Source: Vicinamibacterales bacterium (GTDB lineage Bacteria; Acidobacteriota; Vicinamibacteria; Vicinamibacterales; UBA8438). From it: 64,000 nt of DNA. Position 1 is the first letter of the stretch. Every line of letters starts with the position of its first letter. The position numbers and the translations under genes were made by a program. Shown here piece by piece: positions 19,434-27,817 of this stretch. The notes under the pieces are model-generated. The model worked only from the letters and a program-made list of their open reading frames with translations, did not search any database and was not told the origin of the DNA. The stretch spans positions 2,299,699 through 2,363,698 of the forward strand of contig OZ252227.1 of the NCBI GenBank assembly GCA_965249175.1. Reading direction: 5' to 3'.

Positions 19434-19832
19434 ATGTCCACAGCGCCGGATCCTTATACCGAGGCGCCCACGGACGCGGGGCCACGCCTCCGTGCCGCGC
19501 GGGAGGCAAAGCAGCTCTCACTGAGAAAGATCGCGGACGCGACCAAGATCTCAATCGGTACGCTCGAAGCGGTTGAAGCGCACGACGCGGCCCAGCTTCC
19601 TGGGGGCATCTTCACGCGCGCGTTCGTCCGCGCCTACGCGGCCGAGGTCGGGCTCGATCCAGAACGGACGCTGCGCGATTTCATGGCGCAGGTACCGATC
19701 ACGTCCACTCGGGATCCAACATACGGCGACCCCGGAGACGACGGGGTTGTCCGGTCTGACAGCGATCGAGTGCTCAACTGGGTGCTGATCTGTGTGGCGG
19801 TGATCGCCTTGGTGTTCCTTCTCTGGATTTGA
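19434..19832 (+). CDS. Short RodZ-like HTH-TM protein (paralog of 10698-11597)
   Basis: Near-identical N-terminal ~90 aa; ends after the TM helix. Confidence 0.8.
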   Translation: MSTAPDPYTEAPTDAGPRLRAAREAKQLSLRKIADATKISIGTLEAVEAHDAAQLPGGIFTRAFVRAYAAEVGLDPERTLRDFMAQVPITSTRDPTYGDPGDDGVVRSDSDRVLNWVLICVAVIALVFLLWI

Positions 19833-19934
19833 GACCCAAGCGGTCGTGGACCCACCCGCTACTGCCGCCGTGAATTGGGTCGGGGCTTCGGGCGCCTACC
19901 CGCCTACCAGGGCCACTCTCGGGCCGCCGTGCTC

Positions 19935-20255
19935 TCAGTCTTGGACCGCGGCCATCATCTGCTCACCGACGGCGATGACTTCGTCGGCAGGAGTCAGCGC
20001 GGTCAGGTTGAACTCCGCCTGCTCGACGGGGAACAGCGTGGAAATGAAGGCGGCGATCCGGGCCGCACTTGTCGCGTCGACGAGTGCGAACTCCCGATGC
20101 TCCGGCAGGGCACTGTAGGCGCCGTGTAGCGTGACGCCGAACTGCCGTGCGATCTCGTCGCGCCGTTTCAAGGCGTCAATCGTCGCTTTCATCGCCTCGC
20201 GGTTGTAGCCGGGGCAATGCGCCCCGTCATGAATGCTTTCGACCAAAAAGAGCAT
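19935..20255 (-). CDS. DUF3303/GYD-like small protein
   Basis: MLFLVESIHDGAHCP..GVTLHGAY..PEHREFALVDA. Confidence 0.6.
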   Translation of the reverse strand: MLFLVESIHDGAHCPGYNREAMKATIDALKRRDEIARQFGVTLHGAYSALPEHREFALVDATSAARIAAFISTLFPVEQAEFNLTALTPADEVIAVGEQMMAAVQD

Positions 20256-20386
20256 TGGGAAGTCCTCGAGAATGGTTAGCGATCCGCGTTGTTACGGCTC
20301 TCGGAAGAAAAGCTCGCCAATGCCTCTTGTTCGGAGTCAAAGAACTCCAGGACACTGCAACCCGTGTTAGGGTCGCACTCTGGGAT

Positions 20387-20961
20387 GGGGAACCCCCTCG
20401 CTTTCAGGCGACGCCTTCAGGAGGCTTGCGATACGATGGCCGGCCATGCGCGACTACCGTCGGTCGGCCCATACGCTTCATGCGGTGCACTGTCATTTCG
20501 TCTTCTGCACGAAGTATCGGAAGCTGGTGCTGCGGGGCGATATCGGGCAGGCGGTCCGCAAGCAGATTCAGCAAATCTGTTGAGGGTCTGACATCGAGAT
20601 CCTGCAGGGGCACGTGCGGCCGGATCATGTCCATCTGTTGCTGGGGCTCCCGCCGCACTTGTCCCCGAGTCGCGTGATGCAGGCGGTCAAAGGGAAGACG
20701 TCGCATCGATTGCTGTTGGATCACCGGCGGTTGAAGAAGACGTTCTGGGGACATCATCTGTGGGCTCGCGGGTACTTTTGTCGCGAGCAGCGGCAACGTG
20801 ACGGACGAGACGATCGCCGAGTACATCCGGTTGCAAGGGGAGGACCCGGCGGCCGATGAGCGCTTCCAGGTGTCGGAATGAGGGCGATGGAGCCGGCATC
20901 GTGCGGCGAGCCTTTAGTCGACTGTAGTCGAGGATGAATCCCCCGCCTTCAGGCGGGGGAG
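20387..20961 (+). mobile_element. tnpA: IS200/IS605-family element; tnpA pseudogene 20446-20881, no tnpB
   Basis: HFVFCTKYR, PDHVHLL (HUH), KGKTS, LWARGYF, YI; internal TGA near 20581 and a frameshift near 20778; right-end hairpin TCCCCCGCC-TTCA-GGCGGGGGA. Confidence 0.88.
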
Positions 20962-21154
20962 TTGGGCTCGCGTAGGTTCGTGTTGCTCGGAACAAGTACG
21001 AGAACGCCCCTGTCTCCCTCTTCTCCGTGTTGAGTGCACTGACTATCGCTGCTCCCGCGCCCAGGAGCGCACCGATTGGGTCACCGGAAGCAAGGGTCCA
21101 GGCCGCACCGGAGGCGCTGAAACCAAAGGTGGCCAGCTTACGCCAAGCCTTGCG

Positions 21155-21589
21155 GGAAGCCGTCTTCGACGATGTGGCGAGCTTCGTGGCCGACGTCCGC
21201 ATCCGGGACGTCACGCCCCACGTGGCGCAAAAGGTCCGCTGGAGCGCGATCGATGGCCGGACCACGCGGCATGCGGGCTATCACATCAGTCAGCGGAAAC
21301 GGAAACTCGTGGAACAGGTCTTTGGATGGATGAAGACCGTCGGGGGCTTGCGCACGCTCCGGCATCGCGGCGTCGCCCTCGTGGATTGGCAGCTCACCTT
21401 CGCCGCCGCGGCCTATAACATTGGTCCGGCTGCGGAAGCTGGAGGCGACGTGTCCCTGATCGCCGGACGCGCGTGTCGCCGGCCCCCTGATCGGGGCCAG
21501 CGCATAGCGGTGCGCACCGTCGTCGGTCGGTCGTTACTCGCATGATGCTTAGAGAACAGTCCGATTTACTCAGGTTCTTCAGCAGCCTG
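21155..21589 (+). mobile_element. IS5-family transposase C-terminal remnant with right end
   Basis: TPHVAQ..SAIDGRTTRHAGY..RKLVEQVFGWMK; end TTCTTCAGCAGCCTG followed by CTAG. Confidence 0.85.
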
Positions 21590-21662
21590 CTAGACCCGAT
21601 CCTGTTTCAGCGAGATACTGCGCCAGAGCCCACGTGGCCCTCGTCTCGGAAGCAGGAGGTGG

Positions 21663-22577
21663 TTGGGACGATACAACGTTGCCTCAGGACACGACTCCTC
21701 GTCGTCGCCGTCGCTCCCTGCGTCATGGTGTTCGCCTGGTCGAACGCCGTTGCAACAAGAGGTGGGTCACCTACATGTGTCGGTCATGAGCGGGACAGGA
21801 CACCCGGTCACCGACCTCACGCCCGAGGAGTTCGTGGTCACGGAGGACGGGGTTGCGTCCAAAGTGGTGTCGGCCCGGATCGGGACCGAGCCGATGAAGA
21901 TCGCGGTGTTGGTGGACAACGGGGAGCGCACCAGGGCGTCCCGAGTCGCGCTCAATCCCATCCGTGACGGCGTGGCCGGGTTTGTCGAGACGTTGGCGCC
22001 GCAGCACCTCGTCAGCTTGCTTACCATCGGCGGTACGGTCCGACGGCGGGTTGATTTCACCGCCGATCGGGGCGAGTTGACCGACGCGGCGCACTCGATC
22101 TTTCCGGATCGTGGCCGGGGTGTGCGTATGCTCGACGGTCTCAAGGAGACGTGGGAGCGTCGGTTTGACGGCAATGAGGCTTGGCCCGTCTTCGTGATGG
22201 TCCTGACAGACGGCAGCGACACGAGTGCTTTCATGAACGACGACCGGTATCTCGACTTCGTTACCGTGCTACGACAGGCGGGCGTGATGATTCACACGGT
22301 TCAGATCACGACACGCGGAAGGAGTGCGATCACCGGCCGGGCGATCAACCTCGCTGAGAACACTGGGGGGCGGTACACGGCGATCGCGTCGCCGACGGCA
22401 CTGGTCGATGAGCTGATCACCCTGGCGACGGACATGGACACCCTCTATGACGAGGGGTTGACGCGCTATCGCGTGGTCTACGAACGGCCGGATTCCGGTG
22501 GTGCCCGAGTCTCACTCAGCGTCACGCGTCCAGGCGTCGACGCACGGCTGTTCGGTGATCGACGATTGCCGCGGTAG
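21663..22577 (+). CDS. VWA-domain protein (Acidobacterial type); signal peptide lies in another frame
   Basis: PVTDLTPEEFVVTEDG, IAVLVDNG, VLTDGSD, LAENTGGRY. Confidence 0.8.
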   Translation: MGRYNVASGHDSSSSPSLPASWCSPGRTPLQQEVGHLHVSVMSGTGHPVTDLTPEEFVVTEDGVASKVVSARIGTEPMKIAVLVDNGERTRASRVALNPIRDGVAGFVETLAPQHLVSLLTIGGTVRRRVDFTADRGELTDAAHSIFPDRGRGVRMLDGLKETWERRFDGNEAWPVFVMVLTDGSDTSAFMNDDRYLDFVTVLRQAGVMIHTVQITTRGRSAITGRAINLAENTGGRYTAIASPTALVDELITLATDMDTLYDEGLTRYRVVYERPDSGGARVSLSVTRPGVDARLFGDRRLPR

Positions 22578-22737
22578 TGGGCGGCGCTGGACGGGTATGA
22601 GAGGAGCTGGACTGCGAGCGCTCTTTCCGCAGGATGCACCAGTGCCGGGCTGGAGTGAGCAGTTCCAATCCCGCAATGTCCAATTACTCGATCGGACGTA
22701 GCAATTCAGTATCCGCGACGCCAGTACCACTCCGTTG

Positions 22738-23115
22738 CTAGCCTGACCGACGCCATTCGTCGGCAGTGAGCCGTTCCAATCGTTCGAAGTACGGCGCCTG
22801 CGGATTGACCGCAGGCTCGCCGCCTCGCCTGAGAAGGGCGTAGATGTGCTCGCTCAGGACCATGCCGATCGCATGAATCGCGTCATGTCGATCGAGCCCT
22901 CCGTCCAGGAGTCTCTCAAGTGCCTGGATGACGACGTGTTCACTGAGGGCGAGTTGGTTCTCCACGACAACGTGGATGATCGAGTGAAGTTGACGGCTCG
23001 GCAGTGAGACACGGCGACGACGATGGTACGCCGCGACCATGTCAATGCGTTCGGCTTCCGGAATCCCCAACCAGTCAGCTGCCACCGGTCCCACGTCAGG
23101 ATCGTATTTCCTCAT
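22738..23115 (-). CDS. DUF1841-like protein
   Basis: LHSIIHVVVENQL..LDRHDAIHAIG. Confidence 0.6.
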   Translation of the reverse strand: MRKYDPDVGPVAADWLGIPEAERIDMVAAYHRRRRVSLPSRQLHSIIHVVVENQLALSEHVVIQALERLLDGGLDRHDAIHAIGMVLSEHIYALLRRGGEPAVNPQAPYFERLERLTADEWRRSG

Positions 23116-23183
23116 GCAGCGCCACCTTGGGCAGGGTCTCGGAACACCCGCATGGGTCGCACGGATGGCACGCGCTCGGCGGG

Positions 23184-24263
23184 TCAGGCGGCCGTCCGAT
23201 AGTAGTACTTCAACATCCCGCCGAGCCGTTGTCGACAGTGAATTGGGCCGTGCGCGTGTCCCGCCGTGACGAGGGGACGGATCAATCGGTTGTCCAGCCC
23301 TTGATGATTCCGTTCGTGGTGGTAGTGGTCCACGAACTCGCGCACCGCGTGGCGCGGCGAGCCTTCGCCGATGAGGACCAGCCGCTCGACGCAGGATTCC
23401 TTGATGGTGCGGACGAAGCGTTCGGCGAAGGCGTTCAAATTGGGCGAGCGCGCGGGCAGCCGGATCGGGGTCACGCCCGCGGCCGCGAGCGTGTCGCGGA
23501 CGGCGTGGCTGAAGAGGGGGTCACGGTCGTGGATGAGCCACCGCGTGCCACGCAGAAACCCGTCCTCGGCATCGGTGACGTTCCGCGTGAGCTGGGTCAC
23601 CCACGGCCCATCCGGCTCGGCGCTGATGCCCGCGACGTGCACGCGGCGCGTGGCCAGCTCGATCAGCACGAGCACCGTGAACCGCGTCAGGCCGCGCGGC
23701 AGCCACACCTCCACCGTGAAGAAATCGGCGGCCGCCAGCACGTCCCAGTGAGCGGCCAGGAACTCCCGCCAGGTCGTCCGTTTCGTCCGGTCGGGTGCGG
23801 GCTCCAATCCATGGCGCCTGAGCACGTTGGCGATGGTGCCGCGCGCCACGTCATGCCCCAGATTCGCGAGTGCGCCACGGATCCGCGTATAGCCCCAGTC
23901 CCGATTCTCGGTGGCCATCTGAACGATCAACCGCCGGATCTTGTCCATCACCGGCGGACGACCGGGCCCGCGGCGATGGCTGCCGTCGTATTTCCGCGCG
24001 ATGAGGTGACGATGCCAGGCGAGCAGCGTGTCGGGGGTGACCAGTGTCTCCATTTCAACAAGCGCGCGCCGACCGAGGGTCTTGGCCTTCGCGGCCAAGC
24101 GACGCCGCTGGGCGTCGGTGAAGCGGAGCCGGCGGGGGGCGAACTGTTCGCGCAGCACCCGATTCTCTTCCTGGAGGTAGTCGATGACGTCGCGTTGCTG
24201 CTGGTTGATCCAGCCGGCCACGGCGACGACGAGGAACTGCAGCGTTTGGGGAAGCGGGCACAT
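23184..24263 (-). mobile_element. Integrase-core (rve) transposase
   Basis: ENRDWGYTRIRG, AADFFTVE, LIHDRD, PNLNAFAERFVRTIK, YHHERNHQG. Confidence 0.9.
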
Positions 24264-24374
24264 AGTGGCCGAGCGTAGCAGAGGCCCGGCTCGCCGCCCC
24301 CGTCTCACCGACGGTTAGTGCCAGACCCGACCGTTGGACGACAGGAGGTGATCGGTCGTTCGAGTTTTTGGACC

Positions 24375-25754
24375 TTACGCGGTCGTCCGGCGATACGGCG
24401 GCGGTGCCGGCGCCTCCTCTTGCGGCGTTTTGTGCCGTACCGCCAGCCCCCGAAACGCGTCTGCAGCGTGGCTCGACCAGTCGTGCAGCGGCGTGTCCGT
24501 GAACTCCTGCAACCGTTCGATGAACGTCTTCCGGTAGACCGTGAGCGCGTCGAGGCCCGCTCGGCATTTCTCCTCGTCAAACCAGCACCGCGGGAGCAGC
24601 AGGCGCACCGCGTCAATGCCGTCGTCGACACCGATGTCGCGCACGATCCTGAACGCGATCCCGTGACTCCGCGCCGTCTCGAGGCGGCTCTTCCCGGTGC
24701 CGAGCTCCCGGACGCGGATATCGTGCGGTGCCCAGTGCTCGCCGTAGACGTAGCCCTTGTCCCTGAGCACCTGCACGTAGTGTGGGAGGCCCTCGCCGCT
24801 GTGCTCGTAGTAGTCGATCAGGCGGACCGCGCCCGACGCGAGCGACTGGCTGAACCAGATCGCCGTGGCGTCGCCGATCCCCAACAAGTCCCAGTCCGTA
24901 TCGACGGGCAACGCCGGGTCGTAGGGCACCCGCGTGATCCGCCCGTCCTTCCGGGCCGCCGCGAGCGGCGCCGTGTAGTAGGCGCCCTTGATGGCCGCGT
25001 CGGTCGAGAGGAACCACTCCTGGTCGAACTCTTCCTGGGTCATTAAGTGTTTGGTGATCAGGCCCCGGTCATCTTGCATCGCCTGGCGTAGCATCAGCGT
25101 GGCAGCGTCGGCTTCCGTGTCGAGGGACTCGTCGATGTTCTGCCAGACGGTGAACGCCGTCGGGTCGTCCTTCAGCGCCTCGTGCGTGCGATAGAGCTGG
25201 TTCCGGCCCTTGATGGTGCCGGCGAAGATGGCGTAGCCCAGGTGGTCAGCCAGCGCCTTCGAGATGACCTCCGAGAAGACGTTCGGTGGGTGCATCCCGT
25301 ATTCGTCGAATGAGACGCCCGAGAACGCGGGACCACGAAGCCGGTCGGGCTTGTCGGCGCCGAAGAGCTGCACCTTGCTCCCGTTCGGGTAGTCGATCCT
25401 CAGCTCGGCTTCGTTGAACCGGACGCCAGGGATCGGCGTCGCGAAGTACTTGGCCATGTCCCATGTCGTGAGCTTCGCCTGGCGGTATGTCGGGAGGACA
25501 TGGGCGTAGAACCGGCCGCGGAGCAGTTCCGTCAGGTGCGCGACGGTCACGTCGGGCTTGAGATGGCGGAGGCGCGTCCGCTCCCAGGTGTCGTCGGTGG
25601 CGGCCCGTTGGTGATGGTTGATGATCGCGGTCGTCTTGCCGGCCCGGCGGTGCAGGACCAGACACGACCAGCGGTCGAGCGAGGCGTGGAACGGCTGCGC
25701 CCACTGGCGGGGCTTGTACGGAATGCGCACTCGAGTGGCGGTCGCTACTCCCAT
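24375..25754 (-). CDS. Phage terminase large subunit
   Basis: Walker A LHRRAGKT, LRG..Walker B VSFDE, coupling GTIKG, nuclease DWDL..GDA and HDWSSHAADAFR. Confidence 0.9.
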   Translation of the reverse strand: MGVATATRVRIPYKPRQWAQPFHASLDRWSCLVLHRRAGKTTAIINHHQRAATDDTWERTRLRHLKPDVTVAHLTELLRGRFYAHVLPTYRQAKLTTWDMAKYFATPIPGVRFNEAELRIDYPNGSKVQLFGADKPDRLRGPAFSGVSFDEYGMHPPNVFSEVISKALADHLGYAIFAGTIKGRNQLYRTHEALKDDPTAFTVWQNIDESLDTEADAATLMLRQAMQDDRGLITKHLMTQEEFDQEWFLSTDAAIKGAYYTAPLAAARKDGRITRVPYDPALPVDTDWDLLGIGDATAIWFSQSLASGAVRLIDYYEHSGEGLPHYVQVLRDKGYVYGEHWAPHDIRVRELGTGKSRLETARSHGIAFRIVRDIGVDDGIDAVRLLLPRCWFDEEKCRAGLDALTVYRKTFIERLQEFTDTPLHDWSSHAADAFRGLAVRHKTPQEEAPAPPPYRRTTA

Positions 25755-25975
25755 GAGAGCGTGATGCCCCCGGCGTGCTCGACCAGTTCCTTCGGTTTGC
25801 CGTAGGCGTAGGCCCACAGCATCGCCTCGACGGCCGGCGAGAGCTCCCCGGCCATCGCACGGGCCATCAGGTTCTTGCGGTAGGTGGAGTTGTCGACGAT
25901 GGCCGCACAGATGGCCTTCGCCTCGGCGGTGGCTCTATTTGGGACACCCTTTTTCCGACCGGGGCCCGCGCCCAC
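25745..25975 (-). pseudogene. Terminase small-subunit-like fragment
   Basis: GRKKGVPNRAT..AYAYGKPKELVEH..ITLSW directly upstream of terL. Confidence 0.65.
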
Positions 25976-26171
25976 GATACGTGCCCGTTAGCTCGTCGCC
26001 GTCTTGTTGGACGATCACGTTGGCGAGGTCGCCGCGGCCCGTGTCGAGCGTGATGGCAAACATCCAGCTTCCCGTGAGGCCCTCCGGGGCGGATGGGATC
26101 AGCAGCGCATAGGACCCCGCCACGGCCACGACGACCACGAGACCGAAGCGGAGGAAAGAAGGCAAGGTCAT
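25976..26171 (-). pseudogene. Secreted beta-protein N-terminal fragment
   Basis: Signal peptide then LTGSW..QDGDELTGTYRG. Confidence 0.5.
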
Positions 26172-26235
26172 GCGCGACACGCTCTGTATGGTCAGACGGC
26201 CGGGCAGTCAGATCGGTTGCGGCGATTCGGGAACA

Positions 26236-26560
26236 CCGGGCTCCGCCACGTTTCCCGAAGCCAGTTGTAGACACACAGCGCGACGTCGCGGCACTCGGGT
26301 TCCCGAAGGGATGCACTTTGAGCAGCGCGTCATACGCATGCTGCGGCGTCCATCTCCCGAGCCGGGTGTGCCACACTTCCATCACCGGCCCGATCTTGGT
26401 GGGAGCTGGCGCACCGGCGAGGTCGTAGCGCCGCCACCCGTGCTTGTGGGCGGGGTTGATCAGGTAGGCCAGCAGCAGCACCTGCCACAGCGCCGGTCGC
26501 GGCGCCTGCGTGGCGACATCGTCGATGTAGCGCCACGCGGCGCGCAGGCCCGTGACCCGG
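26236..26560 (-). pseudogene. Fic-like degenerate gene F5 (most complete copy)
   Basis: LLLAYLINP..KIGPVMEVW..AYDALLKVHPFGNP, then after a frameshift DVALCVYNWLR. Confidence 0.55.
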
Positions 26561-27363
26561 CTGACTTCGTTGCGCCGCCTCGGCGTTGGACCCGTCCAGG
26601 CGCAGCGTCTCGGCGATGAACGCGTCGATGGAGTCGGTGGCGGCGGGCACGAGGAGACTCGACAAGGGAGAAAAACAAGCGAATATACCCGGGTCTGAAC
26701 GGAAGCCACCGCGCGCGTGCCACTGATCGGCCATTCCGCGTAAGATGGAGGTGTCTCAACTGGCCGTGCCGGAGGTTGGGGGTTGCTCGGGTATTCCGGG
26801 GACTCGGGGCCTTCGGGGTCGGTTGGGGCAGCAATTCCAGCCTCGGTCATCACACCGGATTCCCGATTAACGACGTTACTGGGCTTCCCCCTGTGGTGCG
26901 TGCGCGCCGTGACTCCCGGCCGTGCGAGTGTGAGCCCGGGCCGGTTCGACGAAGTGTCGTGCGGGGGCGTTCCGCTATCAGTTGAAAACGGAACACCCCA
27001 GGGCGGGTAAGCCGCGCCTGTGATTGTGGGGCGAAAGTAGCCGGCCCTCAGCCAGGGTTTCTGGAACGCCGCCGTGAGGGGCACTTCTGGGCGCAGACGA
27101 AATCGCCCTTCCGGCGGACGACGCGCCATTCGGCGCCCTCCTCGAAGAACTGCCGAATCATGCTCCGATGCCGGGCCGTGTCAGCGACCAGGACGAAGCC
27201 GCCGACGCGTGTCAGGGCCGGCAGCCGGCGCAGCGCGGATTGCCGCTCGGCGTTCGCTCGACCTGCGTGCGGTCGTGCAGGGGGGCGTCTGGTCGTCAGC
27301 ACTGTGTCTCGATTTGATACCCTCGGCCTGCTGTCTGTGACGGCCGTCGGATGTCCATCCTTA

Positions 27364-27389
27364 TTAGTGGGACGAATTAGTGGGACGAA
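27364..27389. repeat. Perfect 13-bp tandem repeat TTAGTGGGACGAA x2
   Basis: Seen directly. Confidence 0.8.
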
Positions 27390-27442
27390 ACTGAGTCATC
27401 CGGATTGCCCGTCGGGGCGCACTACAATGACCCCCGTCACCG

Positions 27443-27817
27443 ATGTCCCTTGCCCCCGGCGCCCAGCTCGGCCCCTATTCGATCACCGCTGAAATCGGCC
27501 GCGGTGGGATGGGCGTCGTGTTCTTGGCCCAAGACCCCCGCTTGAAGCGCCAGGTCGCGATCAAGCTCCTGCCACCCGACCTGACCCGCGACGAGACGGC
27601 CAAGCAGCGGTTCCTGCAGGAAGCCCAAGCGGCGTCGGCGCTGGATCATCCCAACATTTGCACGATCCACGAGATCAACGAGACAACCGACGGGCAGCTC
27701 TACCTCGTGATGGCCCACTACGCGGGGGAGACGCTCAAGGAGCGGATCGCGGGAGGGCCGTTGGCACTGGATGACGCCATCGACCGCCGCCGGAGTAGGC
27801 TCCTAGGATCCCCATGA
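27443..27817 (+). pseudogene. Ser/Thr kinase N-terminal fragment K6
   Basis: IGRGGMGVVF, VAIKLLP, EAQAASALDHPNI; stops before HRD. Confidence 0.9.

Noticed and set aside
20881-21150. tnpB/omega RNA downstream of the IS200 tnpA
   Set aside because: The right-end hairpin follows within about 60 bp; no RuvC or Zn-finger ORF.
26740-27060. Possible structured RNA or RiPP precursor
   Set aside because: No recognisable family motif and no modifying enzymes nearby; cannot be supported by eye.
25867-27129. 420-aa ORF as a single gene
   Set aside because: Mosaic, Pro/Arg-rich read-through; only the central Fic-like part resembles a protein.
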